25,305 nt of DNA, taken from contig JBIJBT010000037.1 in NCBI GenBank assembly GCA_044345055.1, positions 1 to 25,305 of the forward strand. The letters run 5' to 3'. Below the pieces are notes generated by a model. It was given only the letters and a program-made list of their open reading frames with translations. It was not told the DNA's origin and did not search any database. A program made the position numbers and the translations under genes. The first letter of the stretch is position 1, and every line of letters begins with the position of its first letter. This DNA comes from Bdellovibrionota bacterium (GTDB lineage: Bacteria > Bdellovibrionota_C > UBA2361 > OMIW01). Shown in pieces: positions 9,224 to 19,382 of this stretch.

Positions 9224-9259
9224 GACTATTCCCGAAAAAGTTTTTAATTGGCGCTCCTT

Positions 9260-9458
9260 GAGCAACCTCCTACGCTAAAAGATGCCGGCATTATAGTTGC
9301 AAACCTTCTAGGATTCCTCGGACGCAAGAGCGATGGAATGCCAGGAACAAAAATTTTCTGGAGAGGAATGGAAAGGCTCATCGATATTTCTGCCACATGC
9401 TCTTTAATTTTTAACTCAACATGACGTTAACCAGCGAAGGGGATTATGGGTAACGATC
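9260..9458 (+). pseudogene. Second IS4-family transposase C-terminal remnant with 3' terminal IR
   Basis: 9260-9424 translates to EQPPTLKDAGIIVANLLGFLGRKSDGMPGTKIFWRGMERLIDISATCSLIFNST*. 9320-9349 is 29/30 identical to the reverse complement of 6795-6824. Ends TATGGGTAACGATC. Confidence 0.88.
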
Positions 9459-9470
9459 CCTCCCCCTACT
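9459..9470 (+). repeat. Right copy of 12-bp direct repeat CCTCCCCCTACT
   Basis: Identical to 6674-6685 and contains the stop codon of the NUDIX gene (9466-9468). Confidence 0.8.
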
Positions 9471-10029
9471 GCGCCCACCCCACCCGAGAAATAAACCCGC
9501 GCCAGGCGCTTAGGTCCAGATAGTTGTTATGTGCGAATACAACCGCTGCATCGTACCAATCGAACTTCCAGACAGCGCCGTCCTTTTCTACTGTTTTAAT
9601 CTCTCCAATCGCCGCCTTTGAGGCGCGGGCAACGTACACGGTGCATTCTTTACCGTGCATCCATGGGCTTGACTCAGAGAAGCGAAATGGGTCTTTGCTC
9701 GAGATCAGAAACCGATCCCAAAAAACGAGCTCTTTTGGATAAAGAGATACTTTCCCTGCTGTCTCCTCTATCGCCTCACGAAGAGCACAATCAACTGAGC
9801 TCTCGCCAGGTTCTCTACCGCCACCTAAAGGATAGTAGGGACCATCCGTGCACGATTTGGGATCGCTAAGCTTTTCCTCACTCCATTTATTCGCAAGCAC
9901 CTGACCGACGGCGGTATCGTAAAGATATATGTAATCACCGACCTTGAAGAGTTGATCTCCCACTTTGCGTAGGACAAGCCCTGATTCTGTGTCGTTTTGG
10001 TAGGTAGTATCTGAAAGGGAATAAGTCAT
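9466..10029 (-). CDS. NUDIX hydrolase
   Basis: Nudix box GGGREPGESSVDCALREAIEETAG. Confidence 0.88.
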   Translation of the reverse strand: MTYSLSDTTYQNDTESGLVLRKVGDQLFKVGDYIYLYDTAVGQVLANKWSEEKLSDPKSCTDGPYYPLGGGREPGESSVDCALREAIEETAGKVSLYPKELVFWDRFLISSKDPFRFSESSPWMHGKECTVYVARASKAAIGEIKTVEKDGAVWKFDWYDAAVVFAHNNYLDLSAWRGFISRVGWAQ

Positions 10030-10351
10030 ATGCTCTCAACCATTATTTCACGATATCAGTATGACACCTCCGTTAGGTGATTGCATAACGCTATCTGCCA
10101 AATTTAGATCAAAACTTTTTGACCCACTTTTTACGGCCTTGATACATTCCCTGCAAAGCCATACTGTAGGGGCTATCAGGGCAAAATATTTCTTAGTGAT
10201 CGCCTAATTCTTACCGCAGTCAGTTCTTTATTGCTGATCAATAATAGTCAGTGAGCACTGATTATTCCCGAGCGTCATCGCTCTCTTCTTTATCTTGGCC
10301 GCCGCCCATGCCGCAACCAAGACTCAAACCACCCACACCGCGGCTATTAAA

Positions 10352-11956
10352 ATGAAGCTTGCATCATCTCTTTCAACTTCCTCCCCCGAGTTCCGCGAGA
10401 ATCGGGAGTGGTCGCTCGCCTCCTTCGATACCGTTCGTCGCATCGCTGCTGCGACCGTGAACCCCGAGAATGACGCTACGATTGAGCGTCATCGCGAGCG
10501 CGGAAAGCTTACCGCTCGTGAGCGGGTTGAGTATTTACTCGATGAACAGGCGCCGTTTATTGAAGTGGGACTTCTCGCTGGGCATCAGCTGTATGACGGG
10601 GTACGCGCCGGAGCGGGAATTATCACGGGGATTGGATCAATTCGTGGAGTACCGTGCATGATCGTCGCCAACGATGCGACCGTGAAGGGCGGTTCCTATT
10701 TTCCGATGACCGTTAAGAAACATCTCCGCGCGCAGGAAATAGCAGCTGAAAATGGGCTTCCCTGCCTCTATCTTGTTGATTCAGGGGGTGCGTATCTTCC
10801 TCTTCAAGATCAAGTCTTCCCTGATCGCGATCATTTTGGGCGTATTTTTTTCAATCAAGCCCAGATGAGTGCTCACGGTATTCCGCAAATCTCAGTCGTG
10901 ATGGGATCGTGTACAGCAGGCGGCGCTTATGTTCCGGCGATGAGTGACGAATCGATTATTGTCCGAGAGCAAGGAACAATTTTTCTTGGAGGCCCACCCC
11001 TCGTCAAAGCGGCAACGGGAGAAGAAGTTTCTGCAGAGGAGCTCGGTGGAGCAGTTGTGCATTGCGCTCGTAGCGGCGTTACGGATCACTTTGCAGAGGA
11101 TGATCACGACGCTATTCGTATTGCCCGCTCAATCGTTGGAAACCTTAATCGGAGACCGTCCCTCTCACTTGACCGGATCGCCCCTCGCCCTCCTGCATAT
11201 CCGATCGATGAACTCTACGGAATTATTCCTCGCGATCCAAAACGTCCAATTCCGATGCGTGAGGTGATTGCTCGCCTCGTTGATGGAAGCCATTTTGATG
11301 AGTTTAAGGCGCGATACGGAACATCTCTTCTGTGCGGATTTGCGCGAATAAACGGCTACCTCGTTGGTATTCTCGCTAATGACGGTATCCTCTTTTCTGA
11401 GAGCGCTCTAAAAGCAACTCACTTCATTCAGCTGTGCGACCACCGACGAATCCCCCTCCTTTTCTTGCAGAACATCAGCGGCTTTATGGTCGGTAGCGAC
11501 TACGAGAGGGGCGGAATAGCAAAAGATGGGGCAAAGATGGTCACCGCTGTATCGTGCGCATCAGTACCAAAATTCACCGTTATCGTCGGCGGGTCGTTCG
11601 GCGCGGGAAATTACGGTATGGCGGGTCGTGCATTTGGTCCTCGACTACTCTTTTCGTGGCCCACCTCGCGCATCTCGGTGATGGGCCCTGAGCAGGCTGC
11701 TGCAGTGCTCGCACAAATTAAACGTGACAGCCTTGCTGCCCGCGGAGACCAGTGGCCAATTGCTGAGGAGCAGGCGTTCCGCGCTGATATCGAGGGGCGA
11801 TACAACACCCAGGCAGCAGCGCTCTATGCAACAGCTCGGTTGTGGGATGATGGTATTATTGATCCAGTCGATACTAGGCAGGTGATCTCAGCTGGACTTG
11901 AGGCATCTCAGTGGCGTCCTTGGCCCGAGCCTCAGTACGGGGTCTTTCGGATGTAA
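10352..11956 (+). CDS. liuB: 3-methylcrotonyl-CoA carboxylase beta (carboxyltransferase) subunit
   Basis: [67 protein letters not shown] and C-terminal GVFRM. ATG 10352 preferred over TTG 10295. Confidence 0.9.
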   Translation: MKLASSLSTSSPEFRENREWSLASFDTVRRIAAATVNPENDATIERHRERGKLTARERVEYLLDEQAPFIEVGLLAGHQLYDGVRAGAGIITGIGSIRGVPCMIVANDATVKGGSYFPMTVKKHLRAQEIAAENGLPCLYLVDSGGAYLPLQDQVFPDRDHFGRIFFNQAQMSAHGIPQISVVMGSCTAGGAYVPAMSDESIIVREQGTIFLGGPPLVKAATGEEVSAEELGGAVVHCARSGVTDHFAEDDHDAIRIARSIVGNLNRRPSLSLDRIAPRPPAYPIDELYGIIPRDPKRPIPMREVIARLVDGSHFDEFKARYGTSLLCGFARINGYLVGILANDGILFSESALKATHFIQLCDHRRIPLLFLQNISGFMVGSDYERGGIAKDGAKMVTAVSCASVPKFTVIVGGSFGAGNYGMAGRAFGPRLLFSWPTSRISVMGPEQAAAVLAQIKRDSLAARGDQWPIAEEQAFRADIEGRYNTQAAALYATARLWDDGIIDPVDTRQVISAGLEASQWRPWPEPQYGVFRM

Positions 11957-12006
11957 GAGGCTATGCCATCGCTTTTCCTCATCACACGTTCACTAAGAGG
12001 AACACT

Positions 12007-13944
12007 ATGAGCCACATTACACGACTTCTCATCGCAAATCGGGGAGAAATAGCAACCCGAATCGCGGCAACCGCTCGACGGCTTGGTATCACCTCAATCG
12101 CGGTGTATTCAGAGGCTGATCGAAGCAGCCTCCATGCTCGCTCGTGCGACGAGCGGTACTCACTAGGCACCGGTGATTCCTACCTCGAATTAGAGAACAT
12201 ACTAGCAATCGCAAAAGAGGCTCGGGCCGACGCAATTCATCCCGGTTATGGCTTTCTCTCCGAAAACGAACTCTTTCCTGAGCGAGCAGCTCAAGAGGGA
12301 ATAAGATTTATTGGGCCTTCAGCGAGTGCGATGCTACAGCTCGGGAGCAAAGCATTAGCAAAAAAACTCGCAGTAGATCTCAGTATTCCAGTCATTCCTG
12401 GTGCAGTACTCGATGATCTACCCATCGATGAAGCGGTTGAACAATCAAGTGCCGTTGGATTTCCCCTTATCGTGAAAGCAAGCTTTGGTGGTGGCGGGAG
12501 GGGAATGCGGGTTGTGACGGATCGCTCGCAGCTTCGTGCCGCGCTCGAGTCTGCCGCGCGGGAGGCAGCAACTTTTTTCTCTCGTGGTGATGTATTTGTT
12601 GAGCGCTACCTGACCGAGACTCGCCATATTGAGGTTCAGGTGCTCGGCGATGGAAAAGGAAAAGCGGTTTCTCTCGGCGATCGCGACTGTTCGTTGCAAA
12701 GAAATCATCAAAAAGTGATCGAAGAGGCACCTGCCCCCTTCCTTTCTGATCAAATGCGAGAGTCTATTCACGAAGCGGCTCGGTCTCTCTTTGCGACCGC
12801 TCACTACCAGGGGGTCGGAACAGCGGAGTTTCTCGTAACAACAACTGGTGAGTTTTTCTTTCTCGAGGCAAATACCAGACTTCAGGTCGAACATCCGGTT
12901 ACTGAGGAAATTTTCGGAATAGATCTAGTTGAATATCAGATTCGAGTTGCCGAAGGGGTATCTCTTGATGCTCTTCGTCTACCTATTCATGCTGACGGTC
13001 ACGCTATCGAGGCACGACTTTGCGCAGAGATTCCTGAGCTATCTTTCGTCGCATCGACAGGTATCCTCGATGAGTTTCGCTATCCGACGAGTTTGCCCGG
13101 GGGATCTATATTGCGAGTTGATACCGGTTTTGTTGCAGGCGATCGGGTATCACACCTTTATGATTCGCTCCTTGCAAAGGTAATTGTGCGAGCATCTTCA
13201 CGAGAGGAGGCTATTACAGAGCTCGCGATCGCACTTCGCTCGATGACGGTTAGTGGGATTCGCACAAATCGAAATTATCTCCTCAGCCTTCTAGGAGAGC
13301 CAGATTTTATCCACTGTCGTCATCACACACGAACTGCTCACGCCAAGATCCCCGAAGAGCATGCGTATGCTCGTCTCCTTTTTGATGCCGCTGCGAGTTA
13401 TTGGCGAAGAACATTTGCCACCGCACTCACGAGCGTTGATTCATCAGCGCGTTGGAGATCGCTCGTCCCAACAGCTCGTCGCCTCGATCTTGAGATCGAT
13501 GGCGAAGTAGTTACAACTTCGGTTTCTCGCGGCCTCGGTGGATCGGTTTTTACAGCATCGTGGCGGGGGCACGAAGACAAAAGACCTCTTGTTGGCCGCG
13601 AAAGTCTCACAGCAGAACCGATCGAGAGCTCAGATACTCTTACACCAGTGTATCTAGATAGCGCCGTATGTTCGATTAAACGGGCTTATCCCGCCATTAT
13701 CCGCCCCCACGATACCACCGCAGGCAAGCTCGATCTCATTATAAAAGCCCCTCTTCCGGGCCGTGTGATCAAGATTTGCATCGCGCCAGGCGCCAAGGTA
13801 AGTGACAATGAAACGGTGATTGTTCTAGAATCGATGAAGATGGAGCACCAAATTACAGCGCATCGAGAGGGGGTAGTGCGGGCGATTACTGTTTCCGAGG
13901 GGCAAACTGTTGAGCGAGATGCACCTCTGGTTGAACTGGGCTGA
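12007..13944 (+). CDS. liuD: Biotin carboxylase / biotin-carrier subunit (methylcrotonyl-CoA carboxylase alpha)
   Basis: LIANRGEIA, HPGYGFLSEN, GGGGRGMR, RDCSLQR, NTRLQVEHPVTE and biotinylation site ESMKM. RBS AAGAGG precedes ATG 12007. Substrate inferred from the adjacent beta subunit. Confidence 0.87.
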   Translation: MSHITRLLIANRGEIATRIAATARRLGITSIAVYSEADRSSLHARSCDERYSLGTGDSYLELENILAIAKEARADAIHPGYGFLSENELFPERAAQEGIRFIGPSASAMLQLGSKALAKKLAVDLSIPVIPGAVLDDLPIDEAVEQSSAVGFPLIVKASFGGGGRGMRVVTDRSQLRAALESAAREAATFFSRGDVFVERYLTETRHIEVQVLGDGKGKAVSLGDRDCSLQRNHQKVIEEAPAPFLSDQMRESIHEAARSLFATAHYQGVGTAEFLVTTTGEFFFLEANTRLQVEHPVTEEIFGIDLVEYQIRVAEGVSLDALRLPIHADGHAIEARLCAEIPELSFVASTGILDEFRYPTSLPGGSILRVDTGFVAGDRVSHLYDSLLAKVIVRASSREEAITELAIALRSMTVSGIRTNRNYLLSLLGEPDFIHCRHHTRTAHAKIPEEHAYARLLFDAAASYWRRTFATALTSVDSSARWRSLVPTARRLDLEIDGEVVTTSVSRGLGGSVFTASWRGHEDKRPLVGRESLTAEPIESSDTLTPVYLDSAVCSIKRAYPAIIRPHDTTAGKLDLIIKAPLPGRVIKICIAPGAKVSDNETVIVLESMKMEHQITAHREGVVRAITVSEGQTVERDAPLVELG

Positions 13945-13975
13945 ACTCTATTACCATGACCCTTAAAGACACCTA

Positions 13976-14866
13976 ATGCTTGAGCTGGTACTTCCCCTTT
14001 ATCTTTACGTCATTCTCGGAATCATCGCCGGCCGCTTTCTGAGCGTAGAAAGCCAACCGATCGCTCGACTAACGATTTACCTTCTCACCCCGATAATCAT
14101 CGGTGGCTACGTCGCACAGGTACCGTTTCAGCTTACTCTCCTTGCCCTTCCCCTCGCAGTATTTACCGTTGCTGCGATCGTTTCGTTTGTTGCGTGGGCC
14201 ATCATCGGCTCGATACCCTCCATCCGGCCGTATAGAACACTCCTTGGTGCCTCTGGAGGAATGCTCAACTCGGGATATTTTGGCATCTCTATCGCGGGTT
14301 CTATTATCGGTGCGGATCAGCTTGGCACCTATATGCTCGCGATATTTGGCCTTACCCTTTTTGAATATATTATTGGAGCGTATTTAATCAATCGCCATGT
14401 CGCATCTCCAAAGGAGAGTTTCAAACGGCTCATTCGATTACCGGGACTTTACGCCTGTTTATTTGGCCTTTTAATCTCTGCACTCGGTATCCATATTCCC
14501 GCCATAGCGTTAACCACTCTTAGCACCCTTAAATCTGCCTACGTTGTGCTTGGCATGATGATGCTTGGGCTCGTGCTTTCGCAGCGACGACTTCAACTCA
14601 ACATCCACTTTCTCAGTGCAGCGTTTATCGTTCGTTTTGGTGTCTGGTTTGCAGCAACCTCGCTCTTGCTTATCGTAGATCGTGCAACTTTAGGACTCCT
14701 TGCTCCCCCGATATCACAATCAATCTTGTGGCTCATGGGATTTTTACCGATAGGAGCAAATGTCATCGCCTATGCAGTTGATGCAGAGGCATCGCCCGAA
14801 CAGATCGCACCAGCTGTAGTGTTGTCGACGCTTCTGTCACCCGTACTTTTAGCTTTCGCGTTCTGA
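13976..14866 (+). CDS. AEC (auxin efflux carrier / malate permease-like) family transporter
   Basis: About 10 TM segments, NSGYFGI motif, GMMMLG, and C-terminal VVLSTLLS. Confidence 0.85.
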   Translation: MLELVLPLYLYVILGIIAGRFLSVESQPIARLTIYLLTPIIIGGYVAQVPFQLTLLALPLAVFTVAAIVSFVAWAIIGSIPSIRPYRTLLGASGGMLNSGYFGISIAGSIIGADQLGTYMLAIFGLTLFEYIIGAYLINRHVASPKESFKRLIRLPGLYACLFGLLISALGIHIPAIALTTLSTLKSAYVVLGMMMLGLVLSQRRLQLNIHFLSAAFIVRFGVWFAATSLLLIVDRATLGLLAPPISQSILWLMGFLPIGANVIAYAVDAEASPEQIAPAVVLSTLLSPVLLAFAF

Positions 14867-14926
14867 TACGGTTTTTATCAAGACCTCTCTAATCCAAACT
14901 AGCACGTTTCTCCCAATAGCCTCTTG

Positions 14927-15766
14927 CTAAAACAGTGCACGATCTACAAGCGCTGCGATCATCAGAGCACTATCTTCGACTGCATGGGAGATCTCCGACT
15001 CTCGATGTGATTGAACACCGGCAAATAGTCTTGCATACCCATCCGAATCACCCCTTGTAACCATCTCCTCGATTACCTCGACAGCTTTTCTTAAACTTTT
15101 AAGACCTTCTCCCCCATAAGGATTAATAGTTGCAATATCAGCGTATAACTCCGGCTGATGTGAGAGCATCCGACCCAACATCGCGGACATCATCCGATAT
15201 ACCGGACTTTCAGATTGCGAGAGTTTCTCTGAAGATAGACCACTCCACTGATGAGTAAGCCCTATCGCCAAAAGAGCACCATGAGAGACGACCTGAATCA
15301 TAGACATGATTTTATCGTGCTCATCAGATGTGGTGTAACACAATCGGGCACCAGCAATCTCAAATAGGTTCAAAAGTTCTTGAGATTTGACTCCCACACC
15401 ACCTTCGTTACAAACAATGAGGGTCTGGCCCTTCATCGTTGTAACCTGCGGACTCCACATTGGATGAAGCAAAAGAAATTCAGATTTTTTTCCTACACAT
15501 GCAGAAGCTGTATGGGTTTTTACCGATGAAAGATCAACTATAAGATGCTCATCACCGGTAACTTCTGACCAGCTACGAATGATATCAGGAGCCATTCGGT
15601 GGGGCGTTGCACAGACGATTATAGAGTGATGCATCGCGATATCTTTTTTTACGCGATTATCGCCAACTTCAACAACCGTAACAGGATATCCTTGGTCGGT
15701 AAAAAATCTTACAAACCAAGAGCCTAATCGACCTCCTCCACCCACTACCGCGACGGCCTTTTTCAT
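14927..15766 (-). CDS. tyrA: Prephenate/arogenate dehydrogenase (monofunctional TyrA)
   Basis: Rossmann VVGGGGRLG, DLSSVK, LHPMW, EHDKIMSMIQVVSH, SPVYR and LYADI. No chorismate mutase domain. Confidence 0.9.
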   Translation of the reverse strand: MKKAVAVVGGGGRLGSWFVRFFTDQGYPVTVVEVGDNRVKKDIAMHHSIIVCATPHRMAPDIIRSWSEVTGDEHLIVDLSSVKTHTASACVGKKSEFLLLHPMWSPQVTTMKGQTLIVCNEGGVGVKSQELLNLFEIAGARLCYTTSDEHDKIMSMIQVVSHGALLAIGLTHQWSGLSSEKLSQSESPVYRMMSAMLGRMLSHQPELYADIATINPYGGEGLKSLRKAVEVIEEMVTRGDSDGYARLFAGVQSHRESEISHAVEDSALMIAALVDRALF

Positions 15767-15795
15767 TTACCGATCCTCGAAAAAACAATCGCCCC

Positions 15796-17658
15796 TTAGT
15801 TGCTCTGTGCTCTGTAGCGATCCATAACGCCCCGAGCCCGAGACGCCGCCTCTTTATCTGACCATCCACTCGCCTTTTCTACCTCTTGAGCAACCTCTCG
15901 AATATCGATTTTCTTAAGAACGAGCACCTCTGCACCTTCATAAATATCCTTGTTCGGATCCCGCAAAGCGGAAACTAACCAGAACGCCATTTTCTTATCA
16001 AACTGCCTCATTCTACTAAGAGCATAGAAAGCTCTTTTTCTCCGGTATGGATTAGTTGAGCTAAGTGATCGAATCAGCATCGGGAAAGCGGAATTTCCGA
16101 CTGCTCCGATTGCTTCTGAAATCAATGAAACACCCTCTAGTGACTCAACACACAATTCTCCACACTCTTCAATAGATTGATCAAAAAGGTCCAGGAAAAA
16201 AGGAACTGCTGGAAGTCCCTTTACCTCTATCGGTGGAGATACAAAGGAGCGAGCCAGGGACAATAGTATTTTCCTCTTTTCATCAGCTAAAACGGTCGGC
16301 CTCTTGAGCAAACGAAGCACATCGGAGACAAAACGACCTCGATCGGATGCAAATTGTGCATAGAGCGAAACAGCTGGTACCCGCACCGAAGTTATATCGC
16401 TATGAAACAATCTCTGCATTAAATCAACAAGCTCGCTCTGCGAAACTGCGAGACTCGCGAATGATTCAATAATTGTCTCAACTTCGGGTGCATCCCCCTC
16501 TATCATCTCATTTATTCTTTCCCGATAGTTATCGAGAAAACCGGCTTCACACCAAAGCCTCGACAATCCAGATTCATGATTGATCAATTCACACTGCTGG
16601 GCACAGACAACTCCTCGTCGGCTCGATCGAAGTCCCTCCCAAAGTTGAGATTCCTGCCGAGATAATGCGTCAACAACATAATCTGGATCGACGAGCGCCA
16701 ACTTATGCTCATCGGAACAATCATTATCCCTTACTACATTCGGTAACGAATTTATCAAATAACGAGTATCTTCGGGGAAACCATACCCTAGTGAGAATAT
16801 AAGAAAAGGAAGCAGCTTATCAGCAGGAGGATTTAGCGCATTGATCAATTGAATCGCCTTTTCCCGCCTTTCAGAATCAAGAGATGTGGCTACTATTTGC
16901 TCGGCGATTGAGAGAGATTCACTACCTCTAGGATCGGACTCGCCTAGAAGGCCCAACAAGATTAATTGATTCTGATTTACAACCTCTCCGAAAAATCTTC
17001 GAATCAACAGGTGACTAGATTCAACTTTCCATATCTTAAATAGCTCTCTCCACCTTTGAACAATTTCGATCGGGCTTGAACTGATAAGTTGATCTAGTAT
17101 CAAAATACGATCAGCTGATCTAATTTTTGCGGAATCGAGGGCTAAATCGATAATCAGAGACATTAACTCTTTTCGGATTTCAGGATGCTGAGGAGCTATA
17201 TCTGGGTCGTCAGCCAAAGCTATAAGATCACGAATTACAAGAGGACTGCGGTAAATGAAAGTTCGAAGAATATCAAAAATACATCGCCTTGTTCTGTCGC
17301 TTCTTTCCGGATCAAGCGACATGACCACGATATCTCCCGATAATTCACCATGTCCTGAACCAGGGTATAAAATCGGAAATGGAACCGATTCAGAACGACT
17401 TAATTTCCCGTTTTGAATACCGATCCGAATTGCTCTAACTAGAGCCGCTAAAACATCATACAACCTCTCCTCAGGTAGATGACCTACCATCATACCAGCT
17501 TCTTCACAGTTACTTGTCACAAGATTTTCAATGGTCTGCTCTTCAGCAAAAGCTGTTGAGAGACCGAAAATCAAAAGAAGTAAAATAGGATTCAGCACAC
17601 TGCTCGGAGCGTGGAGAGCTCGAATCAACCCAAAAAAAGATGGTAGGGAGATGCTCAT
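15796..17658 (-). CDS. Hypothetical alpha-helical protein with C-terminal HEAT-like repeats and predicted signal peptide
   Basis: ATG 17658 overlaps the upstream stop (ATGA). LLLLIFGLSTAFA-EE resembles an SPase I site. HEAT-like units: PMLIRSLSSTNPYRRKRAFYAL and WLVSALRDPNKDIYEGAEVL. Confidence 0.7.
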   Translation of the reverse strand: MSISLPSFFGLIRALHAPSSVLNPILLLLIFGLSTAFAEEQTIENLVTSNCEEAGMMVGHLPEERLYDVLAALVRAIRIGIQNGKLSRSESVPFPILYPGSGHGELSGDIVVMSLDPERSDRTRRCIFDILRTFIYRSPLVIRDLIALADDPDIAPQHPEIRKELMSLIIDLALDSAKIRSADRILILDQLISSSPIEIVQRWRELFKIWKVESSHLLIRRFFGEVVNQNQLILLGLLGESDPRGSESLSIAEQIVATSLDSERREKAIQLINALNPPADKLLPFLIFSLGYGFPEDTRYLINSLPNVVRDNDCSDEHKLALVDPDYVVDALSRQESQLWEGLRSSRRGVVCAQQCELINHESGLSRLWCEAGFLDNYRERINEMIEGDAPEVETIIESFASLAVSQSELVDLMQRLFHSDITSVRVPAVSLYAQFASDRGRFVSDVLRLLKRPTVLADEKRKILLSLARSFVSPPIEVKGLPAVPFFLDLFDQSIEECGELCVESLEGVSLISEAIGAVGNSAFPMLIRSLSSTNPYRRKRAFYALSRMRQFDKKMAFWLVSALRDPNKDIYEGAEVLVLKKIDIREVAQEVEKASGWSDKEAASRARGVMDRYRAQSN

Positions 17659-19343
17659 ACTAAACTCTCGAATTCCCACGTTCCATCTCCAGAAAGAGTT
17701 AGAACACAATCGTGAAAACGAGCTAGTGCATCGCGGTGACCGACGCTCACGTAGCTTTCAACATAATCACCCAATTTTGCGTAAAGAGTCGCCTGCCCCG
17801 CCGGCTCAACAGCAGTTGTGGCTTCGTCAAGAAAGGCAAATTTTGGTTGAACGATAAAAAGTCGTGCAAAGGCAATTCGCTGCTGTTCTCCCATCGATAA
17901 CACATTAGCCCAATCAAGCTCAGTATCAAGATTTCCAACTCTTGTGATGGTAGATTCAAGTTGAGCATCCTTAATTGCCTGCAAAACGATCTTATCGGTG
18001 ACTCCTCTTCGTCGTTTCACGTAGAGAAGTTGGTTTCGAAACGATCCTAGGATCATGTAGGGACGCTGAGGAAGAAATAGTGTGGTCCGCAGACGAGGTC
18101 GAATTATCAATCCTCCTCCGCTATTCCATAGACCCGCAATCGCCCGAAGTATAGTGCTCTTTCCGGAACCGCTCGGTCCACATATCAGCAACCGTTGTCC
18201 AGCATTCAGCGAAAATGTGACATTTTTAACTATGGCGGCTCCACCTCTGGGAGTATTAATAGTAACCCCCTCGAAAGCGATCCGATTTTCATGCCGATAA
18301 TCAATAACACCCTGTGCTCGCTCTTTGCGCCACTCAATCTCTTCGAGCGCTTCAAAAAAGGTTCCGAGCCGATTAACAACCGCTCCAAACGCACTCAAAC
18401 TTCCAAAGTTTGTAACTATTATCGAGAGTGCACCTAAAGTTTGAGCAAAGGCAACGGTCGCCTGATTAACTGCGCCCAACGATATCTCTCCGCTAAAATA
18501 AAGCGGTGCGACTATTACCGGGGGGATAATGGGAATAAGGTAGTTATAAATATTTGTGAAAATATTCAGATTTCTATTCTTCGCAATTATGCGGCGAAAA
18601 TTGTCGATGCCCCGAGAGAGAAGCTGTCTTGTCCGTGTCTGCTCTTTTCGTTCACCGTGATACAGGGCGATTGATTCTGAATTATCTCTGACATTAACGA
18701 GCTTATAACGGTAGTCAGCCTCTCGCTGAAGCTGAGTGAAGTTCAACCATACCAGCTGTCTTCCGAGAAGATAAGACATAAAAGAGCCAAAGACAGCGTA
18801 TCCAACAGCAACCAGCGTTAAAGAGCTTGAAATCGACCATAAAACCCTGACAAATAAACAGAGACCGATAACCGAATTTAGAAGAATAAGCATGAAGGAG
18901 AGAGTTTGAGAGGTGAATGAACGTATATCCGCCTCTATTCGTTGGTCGGGGTTATCGACCAAGTTCTCCGATCCGATCCGATAGTAAGATCGATTTGAGA
19001 AATACATACTGATGAGTCTTAAACTCAACCATCGCCGCCACAACAGCGCAAGCCGCTCCTCTGTATATCGATAGAAAGCAACGATTATTGATGCTACTGC
19101 AAACGCCAAAATATACCGCACGAGCTCATCATAGAACCGTGGCGCATTCTTCATCGTTAGGGCATCGTAGAAATCTCGACCGACGAAGCTAATCCAAACA
19201 TTGACGTAGCTGACAGTGAGAGAAAACCCCGCCAGCAACAGGAGAAGGCCCCGAGCTTTCCACTTCATCTCCGAGAAAAAGAAGATGCGGGCGACCATCC
19301 AAAATCGTCGCATCGTCCTTTTGTTTTGGGGAACCAGTGGCAT
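17655..19343 (-). CDS. Fused permease/ATPase ABC half-transporter, YddA/BacA(Rv1819c)/ABCD-like
   Basis: DNPDQRI, EADYR (EAA motif), NSESIALY, Walker A GPSGSGKST, FLPQRPYM, LSMGEQQRIAFAR, FLDEAT and SVGHR. Confidence 0.92.
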   Translation of the reverse strand: MPLVPQNKRTMRRFWMVARIFFFSEMKWKARGLLLLLAGFSLTVSYVNVWISFVGRDFYDALTMKNAPRFYDELVRYILAFAVASIIVAFYRYTEERLALLWRRWLSLRLISMYFSNRSYYRIGSENLVDNPDQRIEADIRSFTSQTLSFMLILLNSVIGLCLFVRVLWSISSSLTLVAVGYAVFGSFMSYLLGRQLVWLNFTQLQREADYRYKLVNVRDNSESIALYHGERKEQTRTRQLLSRGIDNFRRIIAKNRNLNIFTNIYNYLIPIIPPVIVAPLYFSGEISLGAVNQATVAFAQTLGALSIIVTNFGSLSAFGAVVNRLGTFFEALEEIEWRKERAQGVIDYRHENRIAFEGVTINTPRGGAAIVKNVTFSLNAGQRLLICGPSGSGKSTILRAIAGLWNSGGGLIIRPRLRTTLFLPQRPYMILGSFRNQLLYVKRRRGVTDKIVLQAIKDAQLESTITRVGNLDTELDWANVLSMGEQQRIAFARLFIVQPKFAFLDEATTAVEPAGQATLYAKLGDYVESYVSVGHRDALARFHDCVLTLSGDGTWEFESLV

Positions 19344-19382
19344 CAGAACTCTTTTTACTAGGGAAGTTTGGTGATCGGAAAA

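Larger units (their letters stand above)
6686..9458. mobile_element. Non-autonomous IS4-family composite transposon / mobile insertion cassette
   Basis: Inverted transposase 3' remnants at both ends, terminal IRs CTGGTCGTTACCAA and TGGGTAACGATC, a flanking 12-bp direct repeat and AT-richer cargo. Confidence 0.8.
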
